Shown: positions 26,947-36,718, counted from the first letter of the stretch. The stretch: DNA of 64,000 bases from Candidatus Aenigmatarchaeota archaeon (GCA_046539305.1 JBKHHE010000004.1:606-64605); one strand, 5' to 3'. The notes: a model not told the origin generated them from the letters alone. Made by a program: numbers and translations.

Positions 26947-27723
26947 ATGGAATTAGGTATAGTCGTTAACGCGAGAGAGAAGCCTATAGAGGAACAGCTG
27001 GACAAAGCTGGAGAGCTTGGCTTTGATTTCGTCGAGATAGTTGCCGAAGGTCCCAGAGCCGACGTCAACTTTCTTAGAGGCCATCACCAGGAGATAAGGA
27101 AAGCGGCGGACGAAAATTCTCTGGAACTTTACCTTCATTTACCTTGGACCTTGGATATAGGAAGTCCTTACGAGGAATACAGGGGAGCTGCTCTTGACAT
27201 TTTAAAGAACCTGCTCGAAACGGGCAGGAAAATGAACGTTGGAAAGGCTACAGTTCATCCGAAGTCATATCAGCGTTACTGGGATGAGGAGGAGGTGGAG
27301 GAAAATATAATTGATTCCTTAAAGGAGTTGGACAAATTTTCCGAAAGGAAAGATATCAAGCTCGTCGTCGAAAATACGGAGGAATTCGATCTGCTCTGGT
27401 TTGATGATATCCTACAGAGGACGGACTTGAGCATGTGCCTCGATACCGGGCACGCCATCCTCAACGGCTACGATGAGGAGGAGATAACGGGATTTGTCGA
27501 GGAAAACATGGAGAGAATTTCCCATTCCCACCTAAACGACAACAGGAGGGGTGAGGAGGACGAGCATCTTTCCTTGGGGTACGGGTTCGTGGACCTTGAA
27601 CAGATCATCGATTCTTTGAAGGAGATGGGTTGGAAGGGATCCCTTGCTATCGAGCTCTTCACCGAGGACATGGATTACTGGGATCTAAGTAAAAGAAAGG
27701 TCGATGACTGGTTGGAGGAATAA
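26947..27723 (+). CDS. sugar-phosphate isomerase/epimerase-like (xylose isomerase-like TIM barrel) protein
   Basis: 258 aa. Barrel signature blocks VEIVAEG, LHLPW, ATVHP, VVENT, LDTGHA, SHSHLNDN and LAIE. Confidence 0.75.
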   Translation: MELGIVVNAREKPIEEQLDKAGELGFDFVEIVAEGPRADVNFLRGHHQEIRKAADENSLELYLHLPWTLDIGSPYEEYRGAALDILKNLLETGRKMNVGKATVHPKSYQRYWDEEEVEENIIDSLKELDKFSERKDIKLVVENTEEFDLLWFDDILQRTDLSMCLDTGHAILNGYDEEEITGFVEENMERISHSHLNDNRRGEEDEHLSLGYGFVDLEQIIDSLKEMGWKGSLAIELFTEDMDYWDLSKRKVDDWLEE

Positions 27724-27800
27724 TTTCTGAATTTAGAATATTTATATACCTTTCCAGAAATTTCTATTGTTCGAAGGATTTTTGATGAAATTCAGATAAT

Positions 27801-29840
27801 ATGACACAGCTTATCATCGCCGAAAAACCGAACGCAGCCGGCAGGATAGCCTATGCCCTGGCGGAAGGTGACGTAGAGCAGGAGAGGACGGGAAAGGCGG
27901 TCTGGTACGAGACTAACGTTGGGGATAAAAAAACGTACGTGGTTCCTGCCGTTGGTCATCTTTACACCTTAGAACAGGAAGGCGAGGGTTGGGACTACCC
28001 TATTTTCGACGTGGAGTGGAAGCCCACGCACGAGGTCAGGGACGGCTCTGGCTGGATGAAAAACTACTACAAGAATCTGAAGAAGCTGGCCAACAAAGCG
28101 GACAGTTTCATCAACGCATGCGACTACGATCAGGAAGGAAGCGTCATCGGTTACAATATCCTCAAATTTATCGTCGGGACCGAGAACGCGGGCAGAATGA
28201 AGTTTTCGACCTTGACCACTTCCGACCTAAAAGATGCGTACGAAGACGTCTCCGAGAAGCTGGACCACGGGATGGTGGAATCCGGACTGGCGAGACATAT
28301 ACTCGACTGGCTCTGGGGAATAAACCTTTCCCGGGCGCTTACGTTGTCGGTCAAGAGCGCCGACTCCTTCAAGGTCCTTTCCACCGGAAGGGTCCAGGGG
28401 CCCGCGCTGAAGATACTCACAGATCGGGAGAAGGAGATACAGGAATTCAAGCCGGATGACTACTGGGTTTTGGAGGCTTTGTTGACATCGGAAAAAGGTG
28501 AAGTAAAAGCACGCCACGGAAAGGGGAAGTTCTGGGAGGAAGATGAGGCCGACTCCGCCAGGGACAGAGCTGCGGAGAACTCCGCGAAGGTAAAAGAGGT
28601 CGAGAAGAACAAGTTCAAGCATAACCAGCCCTGCCCCTTCGACCTTTCAACGCTCCAGAGCGAGGCATATTCGGCTTTCAATTTTTCTCCTTCCAAGACG
28701 CTGGATCTTGCGCAGTCGCTCTACGAGTCCGGTCTTATTTCCTATCCGAGGACCTCGAGCCAGAAACTGCCGCCGAAGATCGGCTACCAGAAGATTCTGG
28801 AGAAATTGAAGAAGCAGAATAAATACGAAGAATCCGCAAGAAAGGTTCTGGACAAAGACAAGATATATCCCAAGCAGGGAAAGAAAGAGGACAAAGCGCA
28901 TCCCGCTATATATCCCACAGGCTCCAAGCCTGAGAAGGTTTCCAAGGACGAGGGAAAACTATACGATCTTATCGTGAAGCGCTATTTCGCGGTATTCGGA
29001 GACCCCGCGCTCAGAGAGTCCGTACAGCTGAAGTTTGACCTCTCCGGCGAAACCTTCGAGGCCAAGGGAAAGAGGACGTTAAAGGAGAACTGGTTCAAGC
29101 TCTACGAGCCCTACGTCAACAGGAAGGAACAGAAAGTTCCGGATCTGGAAGAGGGTGAAGAACTGGGGATAAAGAAGGTCGAAAAGCTGGACAAGCAGAC
29201 CCAGCCACCGAAGAGGTACACCCAGGCCTCCCTCGTCACGGAGATGAAAAAAAGAAACCTCGGCACAAAGGCTACCAGGTCGCAGATCATAGACAAGCTC
29301 TACGACCGTGGCTACATAGACGGCTCTTCTATAAAGGTCACGGACATAGGGCTCGCGGTCGTCGACGCGCTGGAGGAATATTCGCCCGGAGTCCTTTCCG
29401 AGGAAATGACACGGAAGTTCGAGGAGGAGATGGAGGAAATTAGGGAAGGAAAGAACGATAAAGAAAAGGTTGTTGAGGAGGCAAGGAAGAAGCTGAAGGA
29501 AATCCTGGAGAGGATAAAAGAAAACGAGGAGGAAATCGGACAGGGGCTGAAGGAAGCCGTCATAAAGACCAAGAAAAAGAAGAGCGAACTGGGCGAATGC
29601 CCCGAGTGTGGGGGAACTTTGAAAATCATAAGGACAGGGAAAAGCCAGTTCGTCGGCTGTACGAACTACCCAGACTGTGAAAATTCATTCCCCCTTCCCC
29701 AGAATGCGAAGATAGTTCCTACGGATAAGAGTTGTGAGGATTGTGGCCTCCCAACCTTCAAAGTCATAAGAAAAGGCAAGAAGCCATTCACTATGTGTCC
29801 CGATCCAGATTGCAAGTCCAAGGAGGATTGGGACTCTTGA
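27801..29840 (+). CDS. topA: type IA DNA topoisomerase
   Basis: Toprim LIIAEKPNAA, active-site Tyr block ISYPRTSSQKL, and two C-terminal Cys4 zinc ribbons. Confidence 0.9.
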   Translation: MTQLIIAEKPNAAGRIAYALAEGDVEQERTGKAVWYETNVGDKKTYVVPAVGHLYTLEQEGEGWDYPIFDVEWKPTHEVRDGSGWMKNYYKNLKKLANKADSFINACDYDQEGSVIGYNILKFIVGTENAGRMKFSTLTTSDLKDAYEDVSEKLDHGMVESGLARHILDWLWGINLSRALTLSVKSADSFKVLSTGRVQGPALKILTDREKEIQEFKPDDYWVLEALLTSEKGEVKARHGKGKFWEEDEADSARDRAAENSAKVKEVEKNKFKHNQPCPFDLSTLQSEAYSAFNFSPSKTLDLAQSLYESGLISYPRTSSQKLPPKIGYQKILEKLKKQNKYEESARKVLDKDKIYPKQGKKEDKAHPAIYPTGSKPEKVSKDEGKLYDLIVKRYFAVFGDPALRESVQLKFDLSGETFEAKGKRTLKENWFKLYEPYVNRKEQKVPDLEEGEELGIKKVEKLDKQTQPPKRYTQASLVTEMKKRNLGTKATRSQIIDKLYDRGYIDGSSIKVTDIGLAVVDALEEYSPGVLSEEMTRKFEEEMEEIREGKNDKEKVVEEARKKLKEILERIKENEEEIGQGLKEAVIKTKKKKSELGECPECGGTLKIIRTGKSQFVGCTNYPDCENSFPLPQNAKIVPTDKSCEDCGLPTFKVIRKGKKPFTMCPDPDCKSKEDWDS

Positions 29841-29879
29841 AAATCGAGATTTTCCGGTGTGAAACTCTATTTCAAATGA

Positions 29880-30581
29880 TCAGAGAAAATCAAATTTTTT
29901 ATCAGGTTTTTCTATGCCGTTTTCCGTGAGCACGACTTGCGTTTCCTTGCCTTCAGGCTGAGACCTATGCTTTCTCAGAATCATGACCCTTTTGCCTCTT
30001 TCGAACTTCTTCATTTCTATAAGGCACTTGGACTGATACTTTGCTATGTCCCTGGAAACGAGCTCTACGCCGCCATTTTCTATGTCCGAATAAATCTGGT
30101 TGGTAATCAAGATGGGGATTCCGTAGTTCCTTGAGAGGTTGGACAGCGTTGAGAGCTGATTGGCGAGCCTGCTGTTTATTTCTTGAGTATCGCCTTCATT
30201 CAACTCCAGTCGGTAAAGGGTCACGAGGGAGTCCAGAACGATAAGCCCTACTTTTTTCTCTTTTTCGCAGATGTTCTCTAGCCTCTCTATATTTTCTTCC
30301 TGGCTGTCGAAGTTGTCAGGTTCTATAAGAATTATCTCATTCATTACGTCGTCCATGCCATCAGCTATCTGTCCCAGTCTCTCCTTGGAGAAGCCACCTT
30401 CAGTGTCGATGAACACCACTTTCTGTCCATTTTTTATGCAAGAGACTGTCGTCTGGAGGCATAAGGTCGTTTTCCCACAGCCCGGAGGACCGTAGATATT
30501 TGTCAGAGTGTCCTTTTCTATACCTCCACCTAGCAGGTCGTCCACTGCCTCACACCCCGTTGAAAGACGCTCGACTTTCAT
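29880..30581 (-). CDS. radB: RadB (RecA/RadA paralog, KaiC-like ATPase)
   Basis: STGCEAVDDLLGGGIE, Walker A GPPGCGKT, 233 aa. Confidence 0.8.
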   Translation of the reverse strand: MKVERLSTGCEAVDDLLGGGIEKDTLTNIYGPPGCGKTTLCLQTTVSCIKNGQKVVFIDTEGGFSKERLGQIADGMDDVMNEIILIEPDNFDSQEENIERLENICEKEKKVGLIVLDSLVTLYRLELNEGDTQEINSRLANQLSTLSNLSRNYGIPILITNQIYSDIENGGVELVSRDIAKYQSKCLIEMKKFERGKRVMILRKHRSQPEGKETQVVLTENGIEKPDKKFDFL

Positions 30582-30622
30582 ATAGGATTAAACGGGTCCA
30601 AGGCTTAAAATATTTGACCTCA

Positions 30623-31462
30623 TCAGGCGTAGGATTTGTCGTCTCCACTTTCCCTTAGCTCCCTGATCGATCTGTCCCTTTTCATCTTACTCGACCAAAT
30701 ATCATCTGGGTCTATCCCTTCTTCCGGGCCGGCTTCTGCGTTCCGTTGTTTGTATTCCCACACTATAGCCCTTATATGGTCGGGAGTTATAGGATTCTTT
30801 GTGGACTCGTAGTTCTTTATCTTCCTCTTCAGTTTCTCGTCTACCTCCGTGCTATACTCCTCCTCGTAGTGTTTCACTATTTCTTCTTTCTCCCACTTCT
30901 CGGGCTGTTCATACCTGATAAAAGTGGACATTCTGCCGGGTCTGAGGATGGCATCGTCTATTTTCTCAGGCATGTTGCTTGTAGACAGGACTATGATATT
31001 TTCCTCGGTTCCGAGGGTGGAATCGAGGTTTTCCAGCAAGATATTAGTCCCCGGTCCACGGTCCCTGTCCTTTCCCGTAGCTATATCCACGTCCTCTACT
31101 ACAGGGAAATAATTGTACTGGGGGTATTCATTCGAGAGCTCTCTCACCAAGTCAAAGCCACCTCCCATTGAATGCTTTGGAATATTTATACATTTGCAGT
31201 TCTCGGGAAGTTTGTTCATGAAAGCTTTCAGGGAATCGGTTTTGCCCGTTCCGGGCAGTCCTGCCAAGAAAATCATATTCTCCTCTCGGAGGTAGTCATC
31301 GTCAGCATCCTTGATTCTATTCAACCGGTTCCTGAGCTTCCTCTGTTCGTCCTCGTATCCCTTCAACTCATCGAAAGTAACATGTTCTGGTTCCTCTCCG
31401 GGGGCGTACTCGAAGCCTCGCTGGGTTTTCACTACCTTGAAATATTTGTTCCTCTCCATCAA
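30623..31462 (-). CDS. stand-alone single-domain AAA+ ATPase
   Basis: Walker A GLPGTGKT. Atypical Walker B VVEDVD. Second region of homology ILRPGRMS. 279 aa. Confidence 0.75.
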   Translation of the reverse strand: MMERNKYFKVVKTQRGFEYAPGEEPEHVTFDELKGYEDEQRKLRNRLNRIKDADDDYLREENMIFLAGLPGTGKTDSLKAFMNKLPENCKCINIPKHSMGGGFDLVRELSNEYPQYNYFPVVEDVDIATGKDRDRGPGTNILLENLDSTLGTEENIIVLSTSNMPEKIDDAILRPGRMSTFIRYEQPEKWEKEEIVKHYEEEYSTEVDEKLKRKIKNYESTKNPITPDHIRAIVWEYKQRNAEAGPEEGIDPDDIWSSKMKRDRSIRELRESGDDKSYA

Positions 31463-31665
31463 AGTTCCTGGATATAAAAGACCCCCACGAGCTTATCTCC
31501 GGCACCCGCTCTCCGAGGACACCCGAGATATAAAAATTTTAACTTCTATAGGGCTTTCACCATGAAGAGGGAGGAGCTTGTAGAACATGGGGAAGAAATT
31601 CTCATGAATCTCAACCGGGCCACCGACAGGGCCTACGAAGAATTTGACTTTCTTGGGTGAAAAGC

Positions 31666-31710
31666 TGGCGAGTTCAGCAGGATTTGAACCTGCGGTCTTC
31701 TTCAGGGGTG
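31666..31710 (-). tRNA. orphan tRNA 3' fragment or half (T-arm, 3' acceptor strand, G73, encoded CCA)
   Basis: Minus strand reads GCAGG-UUCAAAU-CCUGC-UGAACUC-G-CCA. No complementary 5' acceptor strand (GAGUUCA) lies within about 300 nt on either side. Confidence 0.5.
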
Positions 31711-31792
31711 GATTTATTTCTCTGCTCACCTTCGTCTTTTTTATTCACTTAAACAAAAACTTTATAAAGTTTAGTTTACATACATAAAAACC

Positions 31793-32179
31793 ATGAAGGC
31801 TGAAATAACCCCAGACAAAAGTGGAAATGTAGCAGCACTCGTGAGCTTTTGCGTGAACTCCGAGGAATTTCCCTCCAACTACAACCGCAACAAGTTTTAC
31901 CGCGGTCTTTACGGCTGGAGGCAGAAGGTCAGGCGCGGTGGGAAAGAATATGTATATGATCGCAAGGGTATACTGGACAGGATACCGCATATAAAAGTGG
32001 ACAAGTCAGTGTACGTCGTTCCCTTTGAAGCATTGGACAGGGTGGTAGACTACCTCGACTCCTGGAGAAAAAAGGTCGACTACAAGATATTCAAGGTTTT
32101 GTTGGAAAAGGATAGATTTAAAAAAATGAACACGAAAGAAACCCAGGAGGAAAGCTGGACCAAAATTCCTGTGAAATGA
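31793..32179 (+). CDS. hypothetical protein, translationally coupled to cdc48
   Basis: 128 aa. Its stop overlaps the cdc48 ATG (ATGA). Alternating beta-alpha-like pattern with no recognised motif. Confidence 0.55.
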   Translation: MKAEITPDKSGNVAALVSFCVNSEEFPSNYNRNKFYRGLYGWRQKVRRGGKEYVYDRKGILDRIPHIKVDKSVYVVPFEALDRVVDYLDSWRKKVDYKIFKVLLEKDRFKKMNTKETQEESWTKIPVK

Positions 32180-34467
32180 GGGATATTATGACCGAAAACA
32201 ACAACGACGCTGTTTCGCTGAAGGTAGGCGAGCTTACCTCTCGCGAAGAGTTTGGGAAGGGAATCGCTAGGCTGGACTCAAAGATTATGAAAAAGCTCAA
32301 CGTCACAGAAGGTGACATAATAGAGATCGAGGGCGGAAAAAAGACAGGCGCCCTTGGGGTACGGTCATACCCCGAGGATGTAGGAAGCAACCTCATCCGT
32401 GTTGATGGCCTCGTCAGGAAGAACGCAGGAACCTCCGTTGGCGAGAACGTGAAGGTGAGGAAGGTTGATGCCGAGCCCGCCGATAAAGTCACTTTGGCAC
32501 CGGCGCAGGAGAGAGTAGCTTTGCATATCTCGCCGAACATACTTAAGAAGAACCTCTACATGAGGCCTGCTTCGAAGGGCGACATAATAATACCCACCTC
32601 TGTCAAAAGCAAGAAGAGGGGAAGCCTTTTCAAGGATTTCTTCGGCGAAGATATATTCTCCGACATGATGCCCGGCCTGGGCGGAACGGAAACGAGGCTG
32701 ATGGTCGTTTCTACCAAGCCGAAAGGCATTGTGAAGATAGACGAACAGACTTCTATAGACCTCAAACCCAAGGCCGTCGAGGTAAAGGAAGAGGAAGTTC
32801 CTACTGTAACTTACGAGGATATAGGAGGACTCCACGATGAGATAAAGAAGGTCAGGGAAATGATAGAGGTCCCACTGAAGCATCCCGAAGTGTTTGAGAG
32901 ACTGGGAATTGAGCCTCCCAAGGGTGTTCTTTTGCACGGGCCTCCCGGAACCGGCAAGACGTTGCTCGCCAAAGCCGTGGCGAATGAAGCAGGTGCGCAC
33001 TTTCAGATTATAAACGGTCCTGAAGTGATGAGCAAGTTCTACGGTGAATCGGAGAAGAAGGTCAGAGAGATCTTCGAGGAGGCGGAGGAGAACTCACCGT
33101 CGATAATTTTCATAGACGAGATAGATGCTATAGCTTCCAAGAGGGAAGAGGCCAGCGGCGAAGTTGAGAAACGAGTTGTTTCACAGCTCTTGACCCTGAT
33201 GGATGGTTTGGAAGCAAGGGGACAGGTCATAGTCATCGCGGCCACCAACCGTGTCGATGCTGTAGATCCTGCTCTCCGTAGGCCGGGAAGGTTTGATAGA
33301 GAGATAGAGATTGGCGTACCTGACAGAAAGGGCAGGAAGGAAATACTCCAGATTCATACCAGACACATGCCCCTGACGGATGATGTAGGTCTGGACAAAA
33401 TATCGGAGAGGACCTACGGATACGTAGGTGCCGACATAGAGGCTCTCGCCAAGGAAAGTGCTATGCACGCCTTGAGAAGGGTTCTACCTGACATATCCGA
33501 CCTTAAGGACATGGACGAGCTTCCAGAAGAAAAACTTCAGAAACTTCAGGTTAGCGGCGAGGACTTCGATTATGCGATGAGGATGGTGGAACCTTCGGCT
33601 ATGAGGGAGGTTCTGATAGAGGTCCCTGATGTATCATGGGAAGACGTCGGCGGTCTGGAAGAGGTAAAGCAAAGGCTCAGGGAAGCCGTGGAGTGGCCCC
33701 TCCAGTATCCTGAGTCCTACGAAAATCTGGGAATAAGGCCGCCTTCCGGTCTGTTGTTATACGGACCACCCGGCTGCGGTAAGACTATGCTGGCGAAGGC
33801 CGTTGCGAATAAGTCCGACTCCAACTTCATCTCCGTTAAAGGACCGGAGCTCCTGAGCAAGTGGGTCGGCGAGTCCGAGAAGCGCGTCAGGGAAATATTC
33901 AAGAAGGCCAAACAGGTCGCCCCGACCGTCGTGTTCTTCGATGAGTTGGACGCGCTGGCTTCCGAGAGGGGCCAGTCTGCCGGAGAAAACGTCTCAGAGA
34001 GAGTGGTCTCACAGATACTCACGGAGATGTCCGGGCTGGAAGAACTGAACGATGTTATAGTAATAGGTGCCACCAACAGGCCGGATATGATTGATTCCGC
34101 TCTGCTACGCCCTGGACGGTTCGACAACCAGCTGCTTGTCCCGTCACCTGATGAGGATGCCCGCCTAGAAATATTCAAGATTCACACGGAAGGCACGCCT
34201 CTGGCGGATGACATAGATCTGGAAAATCTCGCGGAGAAAACCGAAGGGTACTCCGGTGCGGATGTAGCGGCTATATGCAGGGAGGCAGCACTCAATGCTT
34301 TGAGAGAGGACAGAGAATCCGATGTGGTCGAAAAGAAGCATTTCGAGGAAGCCATGGAGGACTCCGCAAAGTCTATAACAGAGGATATGAAGGATTACTA
34401 CGAGGATTTCGAGGCCTCGAGGCAGAGGTTGGGCGAAGAAGAGGAGGAAATAGATTACGTGGGATAG
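32176..34467 (+). CDS. cdc48: Cdc48/VCP-like AAA+ ATPase
   Basis: N-domain plus two AAA modules ([13 protein letters not shown] and [13 protein letters not shown]), each with an RPGRFD block. The start could also be ATG 32188. Confidence 0.92.
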   Translation: MRDIMTENNNDAVSLKVGELTSREEFGKGIARLDSKIMKKLNVTEGDIIEIEGGKKTGALGVRSYPEDVGSNLIRVDGLVRKNAGTSVGENVKVRKVDAEPADKVTLAPAQERVALHISPNILKKNLYMRPASKGDIIIPTSVKSKKRGSLFKDFFGEDIFSDMMPGLGGTETRLMVVSTKPKGIVKIDEQTSIDLKPKAVEVKEEEVPTVTYEDIGGLHDEIKKVREMIEVPLKHPEVFERLGIEPPKGVLLHGPPGTGKTLLAKAVANEAGAHFQIINGPEVMSKFYGESEKKVREIFEEAEENSPSIIFIDEIDAIASKREEASGEVEKRVVSQLLTLMDGLEARGQVIVIAATNRVDAVDPALRRPGRFDREIEIGVPDRKGRKEILQIHTRHMPLTDDVGLDKISERTYGYVGADIEALAKESAMHALRRVLPDISDLKDMDELPEEKLQKLQVSGEDFDYAMRMVEPSAMREVLIEVPDVSWEDVGGLEEVKQRLREAVEWPLQYPESYENLGIRPPSGLLLYGPPGCGKTMLAKAVANKSDSNFISVKGPELLSKWVGESEKRVREIFKKAKQVAPTVVFFDELDALASERGQSAGENVSERVVSQILTEMSGLEELNDVIVIGATNRPDMIDSALLRPGRFDNQLLVPSPDEDARLEIFKIHTEGTPLADDIDLENLAEKTEGYSGADVAAICREAALNALREDRESDVVEKKHFEEAMEDSAKSITEDMKDYYEDFEASRQRLGEEEEEIDYVG

Positions 34468-34473
34468 ATTGAT

Positions 34474-35127
34474 ATGAAACTTCCCCTGTTGCTTGTTAAC
34501 TTCAAGACGTACGAGAAGGGAACAGGTCGAAAGGCGGAGGGGCTGGCCAAAACCTGTGAGATGGTTTCCGAGGAAGCAGGTAAGAACATAGTACCTGTGG
34601 TACAGGTTTCGGACCTTTACCGTGTTTCAAATAAAGTGGATATACCTGTCTACGCCCAGAGGATAGATCCCGTCAACTACGGCTCCAACACAGGTCACGT
34701 CCTTCCGAAAGGCCTCAAAGAGAACGGCGCTTCAGGCGTGGTCATAAATCATTCGGAGGACCGCAGGGATATGGAAGTTATTGAAAGTTGTATTAAAAAG
34801 GCAAGCGGACTAGGATTCGATACACTCGTTTGCGCCGAGAGTCCCGAGGAGGCGGGTAAAATTTCTGATCTTGAGCCTGATATGGTGGCGATAGAGCCTC
34901 CGGAGCTGATAGGTGGCGACGTGTCGGTTAGCTCCGCAAGACCTGAGGTAATTACCGATTCACTGGAGAGGGTGAATCGGCCTTTAATATGCGGTGCCGG
35001 AATAAAAAGCAAGGAGGACGTTGAGAAAGCACTGGAGCTGGGAGCGAGAGGGGTTTTTGTGGCCTCGGGTATAGTCAAGGCAGAGGATCCCGAAGAAAGG
35101 ATAAAGGAGCTTGTTGAACCTTTCTGA
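34474..35127 (+). CDS. tpiA: triosephosphate isomerase (short archaeal type)
   Basis: 217 aa with LLVNFKTY, INHSE and CGAGI blocks. Confidence 0.9.
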   Translation: MKLPLLLVNFKTYEKGTGRKAEGLAKTCEMVSEEAGKNIVPVVQVSDLYRVSNKVDIPVYAQRIDPVNYGSNTGHVLPKGLKENGASGVVINHSEDRRDMEVIESCIKKASGLGFDTLVCAESPEEAGKISDLEPDMVAIEPPELIGGDVSVSSARPEVITDSLERVNRPLICGAGIKSKEDVEKALELGARGVFVASGIVKAEDPEERIKELVEPF

Positions 35128-35131
35128 ATCT

Positions 35132-35704
35132 TCAAGTCTTCATCCTCGACAGAACAGGAAATATTCCTAGGAGGAGAAGTCCACAGATAAGGAAGGCGTG
35201 GCTCAGAGTATATATTTCGGCTACCACCCCGGCCACGATAGGTCCTATACCCTGTCCCAGAGATCGTATCGACTGATACGTCCCCGTAGTTTCTCCTTCA
35301 TGTCCTTTTCCCAATTTAGTGATTAGACCCTCTACGGCCGGGGAGATCATCGAGACTCCTATTCCTAGAAGGAGGGTGAGCACAAAGGTGATGGCCAAGG
35401 ATTTCACTACAAACAGGCCAAAAAACAGGGTGGAGGAGATTAACGTTCCGACGCCGATCATTTTCTTCCTTCCCACTTTATCCAAAAGGTCCCCCAGCGG
35501 CGTCTGTATCAATACCTGTATCAGAAACAGTGAACCTATCAGGATGCCTGTAGCCGAATACGTCCCGGTTATCCTTTCAAAGTATATAGAAAAGAAAGGA
35601 CGTATCGCACCCCAGGAGAGATAATATATGAAGAATACCAGACCCAGGGCCCTGAGCTCTTTGGAGATGTCTTCCATCGAAAACTGCCTGAGAAGTCGAA
35701 CCAT
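35132..35704 (-). CDS. MFS transporter, N-terminal six-TM half only (truncated or half-size)
   Basis: 190 aa. MFS motif A GDLLDKVGRKKMIG lies between TM2 and TM3. The ORF stops 4 nt from the converging tpiA stop, leaving no room for TM7-12. Confidence 0.55.
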   Translation of the reverse strand: MVRLLRQFSMEDISKELRALGLVFFIYYLSWGAIRPFFSIYFERITGTYSATGILIGSLFLIQVLIQTPLGDLLDKVGRKKMIGVGTLISSTLFFGLFVVKSLAITFVLTLLLGIGVSMISPAVEGLITKLGKGHEGETTGTYQSIRSLGQGIGPIVAGVVAEIYTLSHAFLICGLLLLGIFPVLSRMKT

Positions 35705-35727
35705 TTCATATTGGGCCCTCCAGTTTT

Positions 35728-36714
35728 CTAGATATATAAGGATCTTTCTGCGCTACCCGTGACCTCGGTTAATTCTGCCAGTACCTTCGAGATCCTTTCT
35801 CTTATACTTTTTGAGACGACCCTTGGATCGAAAACGTCCTTTTTCGGTGTCCAGTCACCTTCTGTGGAGAACACATCTATTTCTTCATCCATCCCGTCAG
35901 GGGGTAGAATTTCTCCTTCATGTTCCCTGTAGAATTCAAACGCAGCCCTAGCGTACTCGTACTGGTACCTTGTGTCCTTATTGAACTTGGAGATGCCCAT
36001 ACCTGCCAGCTTCTTCATCTGATCGCGGGTGAGTCCGGAAGAACCGTGGATTACCAGGGGTCTCTCCAGTCCTTCTTCTATTAGTCTTTTATCCACTTCG
36101 CTGGCTATATCCATTTTCAAGTCCAAGTTCTTTCCTTTGGAAACGCCATGCTGTGTTCCTATGGATGTCGCGAGGAGATCGCAGTCTGTCCTGTCGACGA
36201 ACTCTACGGCTTCTTCGGGTTTCGTGTAGTAGGTTTGGAGGGACTGGACTCTGTCTTCAGCGCCCTTTATCCTCCCGAGTTCCGCCTCTACCAGGATATT
36301 TTTCTTCCTGCAAATTTCCTTGGCTCGTTTCGATTTCTCCACATTCTTTTCAAAAGGTTCCTCCGAGGCGTCTATCATTATGGAGGAGGGTATCCCTGTT
36401 TCAGTTACCTGGTCTATGAAGTCCAGGTCCTTCAGGTGGTCCATGTTCAGGAAGACTCCAATATCGTAATTTCCCGCGATTTCCTCTATGTACTTTCCTA
36501 GGGCTTTCAGGCCTCTGAGGGCGTCTCCGTTCCCGGCAAACTCACAGGCACTCCGGCTGAGCTGGAGGACGAGGTCCGAGTTTTTCCTGTCCGCGCCTTC
36601 GACGAGTCCTATCAACACGTTTGGCTCTGCGAAATTGCTGGCTACGAATGCGTAACCATTATCCTTCGCTCTTTCGTAGACCTTCCTCAGTTCTTCACCA
36701 TCCTTTATGAAGAT
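35728..36714 (-). CDS. fba: class II fructose-bisphosphate aldolase
   Basis: NMDHL, EAELG, IGTQHG and IHGSSG blocks. The conserved N-terminus IFIKDGEELRKVYERAKDNGYAFVASNF lies upstream of the first canonical start (GTG 36618), so the start is uncertain. Confidence 0.78.
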   Translation of the reverse strand: MFIKDGEELRKVYERAKDNGYAFVASNFAEPNVLIGLVEGADRKNSDLVLQLSRSACEFAGNGDALRGLKALGKYIEEIAGNYDIGVFLNMDHLKDLDFIDQVTETGIPSSIMIDASEEPFEKNVEKSKRAKEICRKKNILVEAELGRIKGAEDRVQSLQTYYTKPEEAVEFVDRTDCDLLATSIGTQHGVSKGKNLDLKMDIASEVDKRLIEEGLERPLVIHGSSGLTRDQMKKLAGMGISKFNKDTRYQYEYARAAFEFYREHEGEILPPDGMDEEIDVFSTEGDWTPKKDVFDPRVVSKSIRERISKVLAELTEVTGSAERSLYI

Positions 36715-36718
36715 TTTA

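Noticed and set aside
27726-27796. 9-bp inverted repeat TCTGAATTT ... AAATTCAGA flanking the topA promoter, 53 nt apart.
   Set aside because: The arms lie on either side of the TATA box, so only one would be transcribed. The sequence is AT-rich and the match is short enough to be chance.
31562-31660. 32-aa plus-strand micro-ORF (MKREELVEHGEEILMNLNRATDRAYEEFDFLG). It lies about 30 nt after GATATAAAAATTTTAAC, and a T6 run is present at 31735-31741.
   Set aside because: Plausible but unsupported. It competes with the minus-strand reading of the same spacer (the tRNA 3' fragment), and I cannot decide between them from sequence alone. It is left out of the feature list.
31463-31792. Permuted tRNA hypothesis, with the 5' half downstream of the CCA.
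   Set aside because: The downstream minus-strand sequence has only GAGAUUCA, which cannot pair with UGAACUC. No D-arm or anticodon arm is present.
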